Of a stretch of DNA of 64,000 bases, positions 39,586 through 47,669 are shown piece after piece. The position numbers and the translations under genes were made by a program. The stretch's first letter is position 1, and each line of letters starts with the position of its first letter. This DNA comes from Candidatus Falkowbacteria bacterium (GTDB lineage Bacteria; Patescibacteriota; Patescibacteriia; Patescibacteriales; UBA12465), in the NCBI GenBank assembly GCA_037132255.1, contig JBAXPN010000001.1, forward strand, positions 191,395 through 255,394. The letters run 5' to 3'. The notes below the pieces were generated by a model. The model was not told the DNA's origin. It was given only the letters and a program-made list of their open reading frames with translations, and ran no database searches.

Positions 39586-40419
39586 ATGAAATTTAAAAAA
39601 CTAGGTAAGTTGAGCCTAACGGCAATCTATTATTTTGTAAATTTAGTTATTATATTGATTGGAATATTATTTTTTTGGCCCATAAGTCCTTTTATAAGTC
39701 AACCTTATGAAATATATTCAACAATTTCTTTTCTAGCTTTAATTTTGATTCCTATTTACGCGATTTTTTATAAAAATAAAATAATGAGTAAATCAGTAAG
39801 AGTTATATTATTATTAATTTTATTTACTTTATTATGCTCAGCTGAATTTTATATTTTAAGCTTTTTTGAGATATTACCGATAATATTAGTACTATTAGCT
39901 TTAATTTATTTTAACAGAATTAGTTTAAAAAAATGGTTATCGTCTGAAAAAAATAATCTTTCGATGGTATTTCGTAAAAAATCGAATATACTAAATAAAA
40001 ATATCAACAAGCTGTTAACTAAAATTTTACCACTTATTATTCTCTATTTATTATTTATTATTTCCTTCCTCGGAAATAGCGATTATGAGCTATTGATTGT
40101 TTTACTAGCCGCAATTCCTCTAATTATTTATATATTTACCGAGAATGGCAATCTTAAAAAGTATCTTCAGTACCTACTATACCTATTTATTATTGGTATT
40201 ATATTTTATTGGGTGAAAGATTCTTATGGTTATGTCTGGTCAATATTTAATGGTTATTTTTCATTTTCTTGGCCTTCTTGTTACTTTGCAGGATGTTATG
40301 GTGAGACAGGACGGAATGTTTTTATTCAGAGTGGTGTTTTTTATGGAGATTTAAAGGTTATATTTTATTTAGGAGTTATTTATTTAGCTATTAAAAATAA
40401 GAATAGAATTAAGGATTAA
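39586..40419 (+). CDS. Very AT-rich polytopic membrane protein (277 aa), probably horizontally acquired
   Basis: About 7-8 TM helices. Estimated gene GC is about 20-25%, markedly below the neighbouring genes. No recognisable family. Confidence 0.45.
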   Translation: MKFKKLGKLSLTAIYYFVNLVIILIGILFFWPISPFISQPYEIYSTISFLALILIPIYAIFYKNKIMSKSVRVILLLILFTLLCSAEFYILSFFEILPIILVLLALIYFNRISLKKWLSSEKNNLSMVFRKKSNILNKNINKLLTKILPLIILYLLFIISFLGNSDYELLIVLLAAIPLIIYIFTENGNLKKYLQYLLYLFIIGIIFYWVKDSYGYVWSIFNGYFSFSWPSCYFAGCYGETGRNVFIQSGVFYGDLKVIFYLGVIYLAIKNKNRIKD

Positions 40420-40542
40420 AATCTTATTTATTACTAGTCATCCAAGTTCTAAAGCAATCCTTCTAGGAGAGAAAATAGCCAAAATTGCACGTTCTTATGA
40501 TTTTTTTTGAAAGAGCGTATTAATAAATATAAATAAAAAAAT

Positions 40543-40791
40543 ATGAATCAACCAGAAATAAAACAACAAGAAATAGAGACCGTTAAAGAAACTAGATCAA
40601 ATTTAACAGTTGGAAATGGATTTAATTTTGGCCTTGGTTTTGGAATCGGATTTTTTATTTCCGGAGTCATCATTTCTATTATAACGGGCTTTATTGTATT
40701 TACTCTTTTTGCGTCAACTATCACTTCTTTTCAGAAAGCTATAACTGACCCATTCGGATTTAAAAGCAGCAGTCAAAGCTTATTTAAATAG
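40543..40791 (+). CDS. Small membrane protein with a Gly-zipper TM segment (82 aa)
   Basis: GNGFNFGLGFGIGFFISGVIISIITGFIVF, a GxxxG-rich hydrophobic helix. Confidence 0.35.
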   Translation: MNQPEIKQQEIETVKETRSNLTVGNGFNFGLGFGIGFFISGVIISIITGFIVFTLFASTITSFQKAITDPFGFKSSSQSLFK

Positions 40792-40936
40792 CAAATGGGT
40801 CACGACTTAGATCCTAAGTTCAGATGGAACAAGAATACAAATTGACAAAGTAGGGCATTATCACCGTTCCAACTATACCCCAAATTCCAAGCAATACATT
40901 AAATAGGCTTAAATTAGCCTATTTTTTGTTATAGTA

Positions 40937-40965
40937 TTGACAAATATGATATAATATGATATAGT
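40937..40965 (+). promoter_or_regulatory. Near-consensus sigma70 promoter (TTGACA-17-TATAGT)
   Basis: -35 TTGACA at 40937-40942, a 17-nt spacer, and -10 TATAGT at 40960-40965. It lies about 115 bp upstream of the small TM peptide genes. Confidence 0.55.
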
Positions 40966-41081
40966 ATTCTTGTTAGAATATGAACCTTAAAAATATATTT
41001 TATTTGGATTAATCACTAAGAGCGCCTAAAAAGACGAGCTTGGTAATTAATCCAAATATTCATACACAAACAAATTTTAGC

Positions 41082-41219
41082 CATGAAAAACAAAAGAACA
41101 ATGCTAATTATTAAACTGGCCCTAATACTGGGCTTTACAATCGGAATGTTACTGATAATTAACAACATGACGGGCCCGACATTGGATCCGCCGCGCACAA
41201 TTAAGTCAGTTAAATAAAA
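41082..41219 (+). CDS. Small hydrophobic peptide (45 aa, MKNKRTMLIIKLALILGFTIGMLLIINNMTGPTLDPPRTIKSVK)
   Basis: Not in the ORF track (under 60 aa). It has a single TM helix and lies downstream of a strong promoter. Confidence 0.3.
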
Positions 41220-41238
41220 CCATATAAAGTAAAAGGCA

Positions 41239-41433
41239 ATGACGCAATTTTGGAAAGTAATAATGTGGATCACATTCGTGACCATGATCGGCGGAGTGAC
41301 ATACTCTGCAGCTATAATGTTCTTAGAACACAAAGCGGTACTAATATTGCCGTCCTGGCTAGTATTTATAGCAGCAGTACTCGGTCTAATCGCCGCCATA
41401 ATGACAATTACTCGATTAGATTTGGAAGATTAA
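41239..41433 (+). CDS. Small two-TM membrane protein (64 aa)
   Basis: Two hydrophobic helices. It is followed by a clean terminator. The overlapping 127-aa minus-strand ORF is judged spurious. Confidence 0.4.
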   Translation: MTQFWKVIMWITFVTMIGGVTYSAAIMFLEHKAVLILPSWLVFIAAVLGLIAAIMTITRLDLED

Positions 41434-41447
41434 CATCTTTCCATTTC

Positions 41448-41480
41448 TGGCCCCGGAAACAAATCGGGGCTTTTTTATTT
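41448..41480 (+). terminator. Rho-independent terminator
   Basis: Hairpin GCCCCG-GAAACAAAT-CGGGGC followed by T6. Confidence 0.8.
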
Positions 41481-41538
41481 TTCCAATTTTTCATATATTA
41501 GGTTATAATATATAAATAATGTCCTAAAAAGAATTATT

Positions 41539-42168
41539 ATGATTCGTTTTAAAACTATCTCTATTTTTGTCGCGATTTCGCTAATTTTATTTATAGCTGT
41601 CTTTTTCTACGGTCGTTATCTGGGGCAAAAAAATGTTTCATTAGAAGCTCAAAAGCCGACCATAAATTCTCAAACAGTTTTAGAGCGGATAACAAGCCAA
41701 TATTTTTTAGTTACAAAAACTGTTTTTGTTAATAGTAAGGCCGAAATTGAAACACCAAAAAATAACAATTGGACCGATATATTTACCGGAAAGAAAATTA
41801 CAGTTGACGGCTTAATTAGGGTCGATGTCGGTGTCGAGATGAAAAATATGCGCCCGGAAAATATCGTCGTCGATTCTGAACAAAAAACGGTAACGATCAG
41901 CCTTCCACACGCCGAAATACTTGATGCCTCGTTATCTGGTGAATTAAATATCGATGAAGATAAAGCAATTACCGAGAAGCTCAAAGATGTTTTTAAGAAT
42001 ACGCAAAATGATGATTATAACTTAGCCCTCCAAACATTAATCGACAGCGCAAAAAGCCAAGTAACAGCCGACGAGAATATATTTAATTCTGCGCGAAGCG
42101 ATTCATTAAAGTTAGTCGAATTGATAGTTTCTGGCATGCTTGATGGATACAAATTAATAATTAAATAA
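41539..42168 (+). CDS. DUF4230-like membrane-anchored protein
   Basis: N-terminal TM, then ...SQYFLVTKTVFVNSKAEIE... and ...KITVDGLIRVDVGVEM..., resembling DUF4230. Confidence 0.45.
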   Translation: MIRFKTISIFVAISLILFIAVFFYGRYLGQKNVSLEAQKPTINSQTVLERITSQYFLVTKTVFVNSKAEIETPKNNNWTDIFTGKKITVDGLIRVDVGVEMKNMRPENIVVDSEQKTVTISLPHAEILDASLSGELNIDEDKAITEKLKDVFKNTQNDDYNLALQTLIDSAKSQVTADENIFNSARSDSLKLVELIVSGMLDGYKLIIK

Positions 42169-42179
42169 AAAATCTATTT

Positions 42180-43721
42180 ATGATATTTTGGGTATTGTAT
42201 TTTAGTGCTATAGCGTATTTTCAGATATCCAATACGATTAACGCGAATGCCTTTCTTAATCTGGGACTCTGCCTTTTTGTATTTATTCCGGTTCCTGAGA
42301 ATTTAAAGAGTAAAAAAATAATAAATATTATACGGACGCTTATTGCCTATATTCTTGCAATAACTTTATTATGGTCCGAATCTTATTTACCCCCCTTTAA
42401 AGTTATTTGGAATTTTTTTGTGCGTCCTGAGCTGCGACCAAGCCTGAGCTATATTTTGAATTTTGTGAACTCATTTTTCCAAATAAAATCTCTTCTTATT
42501 GTTTTAGCGATAATTACCATAGCATTACTTTTTAAATATACTAAACTAAAAAAAATCTCTCCAGCATTTTTTGCGATTTGCATCTTGATTCTATTCATTA
42601 CACAAAAGACAGCCATCAGCAAGGATTTTATTGATCGTTTCTATGCGAAAGAAGCGGCAAGATCATTCAGTATTTCGGAAAATCCGCAGAATAATTTCGA
42701 TGTAATAATTCTACAAATATGTTCGTTGTCCTGGGATGATTTGCAATACGCCAATACTGACGCAAAGTCTTTATTACGAAAATTTGATTATGTTTTCACC
42801 AATTTTAATTCAGCTACCCCATATAGCGATCCAGCAGCTCTTCGATTATTACAATCGGGTTGTGGACAAAAAACTGAGGGAGAATTATTTGCCACAGCTC
42901 CTGACAAATGTTATCTTTTAAACAATTTCCGAGCTCTAGACTATTCGACCTATTCCGCCTGGAATCATGATGGAAATTATTCAGACTTTAAATCCATAGT
43001 TCCTAAATACGGCAAGGCAGACCAGCCAATCAATATCAGCAGCCTGAAGCCGACTGAATTAAGTTTTGATAATGCGCCTATTTACCGTGATGGGGAGGTC
43101 TTGGATTTATGGCTCAAACAAAGAGAAACTAGCGGTAAGAAGTCTCTATTATTTTATAATAGTATTAGCCTGCATACAGGTTCGAGCTACATAGACGGCC
43201 AAAAATTATCTGAAAAGGATGAATATTCTTTGGCTTCAAAAAATGTTTTTAGCGATCTTGATAGTTTCCTGGATAAAATTAAGGCCAGTCAGCGCAATAC
43301 AATCGTTATATTATTAGGTGAACACGGGGCGGCGATTAGCGGCTCTAGCGTCCAGCCATCGACGGTCAGGGATATTCCGCTACCTTCGATCACGCAGGTG
43401 CCAGCGGCTGTAAAAATATTTGGACCTGGCTTTAATAGTGAAAACCCAAACAAAACAAGCATTATTAGTGATCCGGTTAGTTATACAGCTTTAGTCAAAA
43501 TTATCTCAAATGTTTTAGAAACCAACCCACAAAGTAGGCAAGAGCTACAAAATGCTAAGGTTGATAATAATTTACCGTTAACCGATCTTGTATCAGAATC
43601 TGAGAGCAGTATTGTATTCCAGGACGCGAGCGGGGTATTCTATAAATCTAAAAAAGATAAAAATTGGAATCAATTACCAAGCTCTTTTATGGTCAAGCCA
43701 GCGAACTATTTAGCGAATTAA
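42180..43721 (+). CDS. Membrane protein with a C-terminal alkaline-phosphatase-superfamily-like domain; candidate BcsG-like (phosphoethanolamine transferase) homologue
   Basis: Four or five N-terminal TM helices, then a ~350-aa extracytoplasmic domain containing ...VIILQICSLSWDDLQY... and ...VILLGEHGAAISG.... The Glu-His pair (rather than Asp-His) and a CSLSW-like nucleophile motif match what I recall for E. coli BcsG. It lies immediately upstream of the cellulose-synthase-family GT2. Confidence 0.4.
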   Translation: MIFWVLYFSAIAYFQISNTINANAFLNLGLCLFVFIPVPENLKSKKIINIIRTLIAYILAITLLWSESYLPPFKVIWNFFVRPELRPSLSYILNFVNSFFQIKSLLIVLAIITIALLFKYTKLKKISPAFFAICILILFITQKTAISKDFIDRFYAKEAARSFSISENPQNNFDVIILQICSLSWDDLQYANTDAKSLLRKFDYVFTNFNSATPYSDPAALRLLQSGCGQKTEGELFATAPDKCYLLNNFRALDYSTYSAWNHDGNYSDFKSIVPKYGKADQPINISSLKPTELSFDNAPIYRDGEVLDLWLKQRETSGKKSLLFYNSISLHTGSSYIDGQKLSEKDEYSLASKNVFSDLDSFLDKIKASQRNTIVILLGEHGAAISGSSVQPSTVRDIPLPSITQVPAAVKIFGPGFNSENPNKTSIISDPVSYTALVKIISNVLETNPQSRQELQNAKVDNNLPLTDLVSESESSIVFQDASGVFYKSKKDKNWNQLPSSFMVKPANYLAN

Positions 43722-43817
43722 AAAATGAGCCGCGAGGCTCTTTTTTGAAATAGCAAGCTTATTTAATATATGGTATATTAAATATGTGGAATTTAAGCAA
43801 AACTAAAGCCTTGCCAG

Positions 43818-45356
43818 GTGAAGAAAAGAACTCGAATATATTTAATTCTATTCAGTCTAGCAGCGCTAGGCTTATTTGTGTATTTTGGGGTTCGCCTCTA
43901 TGTCTTTTTTTCCAATGGTCATGGATTCTTAAACGTTACAATTTCCTTTTTTCTTTTACTAGCCGAAACTCATTCTATTCTGCATTCACTGGGTTTTATA
44001 ATTGGTCTTATTAGACTTCGTAATACTAGTGACGAACACAACCGTCACGCAAAGCTTGATCGAAATAATTTACCATCCGTCAGCATTCTGATACCAGCGA
44101 GAAACGAACCTTTAGACATACTCGAGATTACCTTTATCTCAGTTGTTTCTCTGGATTATGTAAATAAAAAAATTGTCTTTCTGGATGGCTCGGATGAAAA
44201 ATATTTAGCCGATAATAAAAACCTTGCCCTAAAATACGGTATCGACTACTTTCATCCAAACGAAAAACCAAAAAGTAAAGCAGAAATAGTAAATAAGTAT
44301 TTGCCGAGCATTTTAAGTAAGTACATAACAATTTTTGATGCCGATCAAAACCCCTTACCAGAATTTTTAATGGAAACTGTCGGACTAGCTGAGTATTCAA
44401 ATAAAATCGGCTTCATTCAAACGCCACAACTATACTCGAATCTTAACGCCAGTCCGATCGCCCGCGGCGCTGCCCTCCAGCAATCAATTTTTTATGAAAA
44501 TGTCTGCGAGGCGAAAGGGAAGTCTGGCGCTATGTTTTGTTGTGGCACGAACTTCCTTATGCAAACAGTTGCCTTGAAAAAAGTCGGAGGATTTGACGAG
44601 GACTCTGTGACTGAAGATTTTGCAACCTCCGTTAAAATTCATTCTTTAGGCTATCGTTCAATATACTATAACCACGTCAGAGTTTTCGGTATGGCTCCTG
44701 AAACTTTACCAGCCTATCTTAAACAACAATTTCGCTGGTCTGCGGGTTCGGTTGGTGTTTTACGCCGCCTGGTGATTGATTCTTGGAATGGTAAATTACA
44801 CCTCCGCATTTCCCAAGTTTGGGAATACTTTCTTTCAGCAACCTATTATTTCGTTGGCTGGTCATTCTTAATTTTAATGCTTTGTCCGATTCTTTATTTA
44901 TTATTTGATGTGCCGACATACTTTGCGAGTCCATATCTTTATCTCGGAACATTTATCCCTTACTACGTTCTAATGATGATTACTTTCTATTCAACCATGA
45001 AAAGAAGGCATTATAAAATGAAAGATGTTTTCAATGGCATTATCATGGGTTCATTAAGTTATCCGGTACTCATAAAATCAACCACGGCCGCAATTTTAGG
45101 AAAAAGAGTAACTTTTGAAATCACTGATAAAGGCAAATCAGGAAAACTAAGTTTTCTCAGTTTATGGCCTTGGACAATAATGATCGCCTTAAATATACTC
45201 GCAATCACTAACGGCCTACTTCATTTTTCTGAAAACCCCTACGCAATAATCGTAAATATTGTTTGGTGCACTTACCACGCCTTACTACTTTCACGTGTAT
45301 TTAAATTAAACAGAACTCCAATAATAGAAAAAAATAATGTCCTAAACTATACTTAA
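43818..45356 (+). CDS. Processive family-2 glycosyltransferase of the cellulose synthase (BcsA/CelA) family, with no PilZ domain
   Basis: IQTPQ, MFCCGTNF (similar to FFCGS), VTEDFATSVKIHSLGYRSIY (the TED ... H..GW.S.Y block) and QQFRWSAGS (QxxRW). TM helices flank both sides of the catalytic domain. Confidence 0.7.
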   Translation: MKKRTRIYLILFSLAALGLFVYFGVRLYVFFSNGHGFLNVTISFFLLLAETHSILHSLGFIIGLIRLRNTSDEHNRHAKLDRNNLPSVSILIPARNEPLDILEITFISVVSLDYVNKKIVFLDGSDEKYLADNKNLALKYGIDYFHPNEKPKSKAEIVNKYLPSILSKYITIFDADQNPLPEFLMETVGLAEYSNKIGFIQTPQLYSNLNASPIARGAALQQSIFYENVCEAKGKSGAMFCCGTNFLMQTVALKKVGGFDEDSVTEDFATSVKIHSLGYRSIYYNHVRVFGMAPETLPAYLKQQFRWSAGSVGVLRRLVIDSWNGKLHLRISQVWEYFLSATYYFVGWSFLILMLCPILYLLFDVPTYFASPYLYLGTFIPYYVLMMITFYSTMKRRHYKMKDVFNGIIMGSLSYPVLIKSTTAAILGKRVTFEITDKGKSGKLSFLSLWPWTIMIALNILAITNGLLHFSENPYAIIVNIVWCTYHALLLSRVFKLNRTPIIEKNNVLNYT

Positions 45357-45357
45357 T

Positions 45358-45615
45358 ATGAAAAATAAACCAAATATTATGTCCCCAGAGCTAGTTTTAC
45401 AGCTCATTAACGAGGCAAGGATAAAAGAAGAGTTAGCTATCCCGATTTATACTAGCCATATAAAACAAACCCTGTTTTGGTCTGGACTACCTAATGCTAA
45501 GCAAGAAAAAATAATAGCGAGTTTAAAATTACTAGAAGCGGATTCGCAGAAACACGCTAAAATCTTAAAAATGGTCGCAAATAATTACACTAAATATCTT
45601 AAAAAATATGTTTAA
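45358..45615 (+). CDS. Ferritin-like half-domain protein (85 aa); possibly the 5' part of a frameshifted gene
   Basis: Helix pair with E...E and ExxH (LEADSQKHAKIL). It overlaps the next ORF by 8 nt at an A6 run (45601-45606). Confidence 0.4.
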   Translation: MKNKPNIMSPELVLQLINEARIKEELAIPIYTSHIKQTLFWSGLPNAKQEKIIASLKLLEADSQKHAKILKMVANNYTKYLKKYV

Positions 45616-45796
45616 TAATAACGATTATCGTACATATTTTAAGCAGCTTTACGAAGTTGAATTAATGATGAAGCGTGAAGGCGAGGAATTATTAAAATTA
45701 GTTCCCGACGAAGAATCGCAATTAATTCTAAAAAGTCTAGTCGCTGATGAAATAAGACACGCTAAAATAGTTAAAGAAATGATGGCACTTATTTAA
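45608..45796 (+). CDS. Ferritin-like half-domain protein (62 aa); possibly the 3' part of the same frameshifted gene
   Basis: Helix pair with E...E and ExxH (ADEIRHAKIV). It is in the +1 frame relative to the upstream ORF. Confidence 0.4.
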   Translation: MFNNNDYRTYFKQLYEVELMMKREGEELLKLVPDEESQLILKSLVADEIRHAKIVKEMMALI

Positions 45797-45806
45797 CAAT
45801 AATCTT

Positions 45807-46697
45807 ATGTCTAAAATAAAAACTGCAGTTATACCAGTCGGTGGTTGGGGTACTAGATTCCTTCCAATTACTAAAAGTATCCCAAAAGAGATGCTTCCGC
45901 TCGGCAACAAACCTATAATTCTTCACGTTGTCGAAGAAGTAGTTGCATCCGGCATCACCAATATTATTTTCGTCGTTTCGCAACATAAGCAAGTTATTGA
46001 AAGTTTCTTTTCCAGCAACGAAATGCTCGAAGATTATTTTCTTAAAATTGGAGCTAAGGCACAGGCGGAAAATCTGAAGAAAATTACCGAGATGGCCAAT
46101 TTTACTTTCGTCTACACTAAAAATCCTCACGGAAATAGCGGCGCTCTTGGAGCTGTTCGTAATTTAGTTAAAGATGAACCATTTATAGTTATCTGGTCAG
46201 ACGAAGTAATTATTTCGAAAGAAAAAACACGTGTCAAGCAATGTCTTGAAACTTTCGAAAAATATAATAAGCCAGTTATCTCAGCTGTGAAAATACTTGA
46301 CCCGAAAAAACGACAGCGCTATGGCATGGCTGAATTAGCTGACATGGAAGGCGAAACTGATATTAAAGAAATCAAAAGCATCGTCGAAAAACCGGCCTTC
46401 GGAACCGAACCATCGGAATACGCAACACATGGTGCTTATGTCCTAACTTCAGAAATATTTACTGCACTTGATACAATTCCTGATAATGAGGAAAAGGAAA
46501 TTAGCCTTGTTGATGTAATCAATATCATGAAGGAAAAAACCGGTTTAATCGCAAAAATTATTCCCGATGCACATTATCTTGATTGTGGTAATCCGCTCGA
46601 ATATCTGTATTCGCAAATTGACTATTATGCCAATTACTCGGAATACTCCGCTGACGTTCTTGATTACCTGGGAAAGGGAGTTTGCAAACGAGTCTAA
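45807..46697 (+). CDS. galU: UTP--glucose-1-phosphate uridylyltransferase
   Basis: AVIPVGGWGTRFLPITKSIPKEMLP, the G-x-G-T-R-x-L-P-x-T-K nucleotidyltransferase motif. Confidence 0.8.
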   Translation: MSKIKTAVIPVGGWGTRFLPITKSIPKEMLPLGNKPIILHVVEEVVASGITNIIFVVSQHKQVIESFFSSNEMLEDYFLKIGAKAQAENLKKITEMANFTFVYTKNPHGNSGALGAVRNLVKDEPFIVIWSDEVIISKEKTRVKQCLETFEKYNKPVISAVKILDPKKRQRYGMAELADMEGETDIKEIKSIVEKPAFGTEPSEYATHGAYVLTSEIFTALDTIPDNEEKEISLVDVINIMKEKTGLIAKIIPDAHYLDCGNPLEYLYSQIDYYANYSEYSADVLDYLGKGVCKRV

Positions 46698-46708
46698 ACA
46701 ATATACGA

Positions 46709-46742
46709 CAAAAAAAACGAGCGCTTGGCTCGTTTTTTATTT
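46709..46742. terminator. Bidirectional rho-independent terminator between convergent genes
   Basis: Hairpin AACGAGC-GCTTG-GCTCGTT flanked by A8 and T6. Confidence 0.8.
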
Positions 46743-46748
46743 AAGAAA

Positions 46749-47522
46749 TTATTTTGTTATTAGACTCCGCATCGAAAGGCTTTTATTTGAGATTCCTTCG
46801 CTGAATGATTTTATCTCTTCATTCTCATATTGAAGTCCGAGAAAATATATTAATGGTAAATAATGTTCTGGTGTCGGAATAGATGATTTCGCCTCTGGGC
46901 CTAATTTTTCGAAATCAATTAATTTTTTATAGTCATGACTATTTATGAGTTGCGAGACGTGTTCATCAAATTTAGAAGCCCAAGAGTAGGGAATAGCGCT
47001 TTCATCAAAGTCGATAAGTCCAAGATTATGAACAATATTCCCGCTACAGACGATTAAACATCCATCTTCACGCAAAGCGCGTCCAATCTGAAAATGATAA
47101 TCAGAAGGCTTGCTGCCGTTTATACTTAATTGAGCTACCGGAATATCGGCCTTCGGGAATAAGCGTGACAGTGGAACCCAGGCGCCATGATCAATGCCCC
47201 ACGAATTATCAAATTCAATATTTTCTATCGGTTCGAGCAACTCTTTTATCTTTTTCGCAATTTCCGGCGAACCAATTACAGGATATTTAAGCACGTATAG
47301 TTCTTCGGGAAAACCATAAAAATCATTAATCTGCTTTGGTTGTTTTGTATCCGAGGTCACCGTCTTATCAGTATACCAATGCGCAGAGATGCATAAAATT
47401 GCCTTTGGCCTAACAAGATCTTGCCCGATTTTTTCCCAGGATGCAGTATAGACATTATTCTCAATTGCGTTCATCGGACTTCCATGCCCAATAAATATAG
47501 CTGGCATTCTTGATTTTGTCAT
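46749..47522 (-). CDS. Class III extradiol dioxygenase (LigB/YgiD-type, 4,5-DOPA-dioxygenase-like)
   Basis: MPAIFIGHGSPMNA... and ...ILCISAHW... are characteristic YgiD-family motifs. Confidence 0.7.
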   Translation of the reverse strand: MTKSRMPAIFIGHGSPMNAIENNVYTASWEKIGQDLVRPKAILCISAHWYTDKTVTSDTKQPKQINDFYGFPEELYVLKYPVIGSPEIAKKIKELLEPIENIEFDNSWGIDHGAWVPLSRLFPKADIPVAQLSINGSKPSDYHFQIGRALREDGCLIVCSGNIVHNLGLIDFDESAIPYSWASKFDEHVSQLINSHDYKKLIDFEKLGPEAKSSIPTPEHYLPLIYFLGLQYENEEIKSFSEGISNKSLSMRSLITK

Positions 47523-47605
47523 AGATTTTATATATTTCGATTAATATTCTTAATTAATTATATTCCAGTTTTCAAATAAATACACGATATTTCTAAAAAT
47601 TTTCA

Positions 47606-47634
47606 TTGACCACGCCCAATTTTAAGTCTAAAAT
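47606..47634 (+). promoter_or_regulatory. Sigma70-like promoter (TTGACC-17-TAAAAT)
   Basis: -35 at 47606-47611 and -10 at 47629-47634, about 35 nt upstream of the permease start. Confidence 0.4.
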
Positions 47635-47669
47635 AATTATAAGAAGACATAAATTATAATAAAAATATA

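Noticed and set aside
41016-41501. 127-aa minus-strand ORF and an 83-aa + ORF overlapping the small TM peptide genes
   Set aside because: The promoter and terminator signals are oriented for the + strand peptides, and the minus ORF has no start context or terminator. It is judged an antisense artefact, although this is not proven.
43784-44014. 76-aa ORF overlapping the 5' end of the cellulose-synthase-like gene
   Set aside because: It is an alternative frame of the same region. The 43818 start gives a sensible N-terminal TM helix for the GT2.
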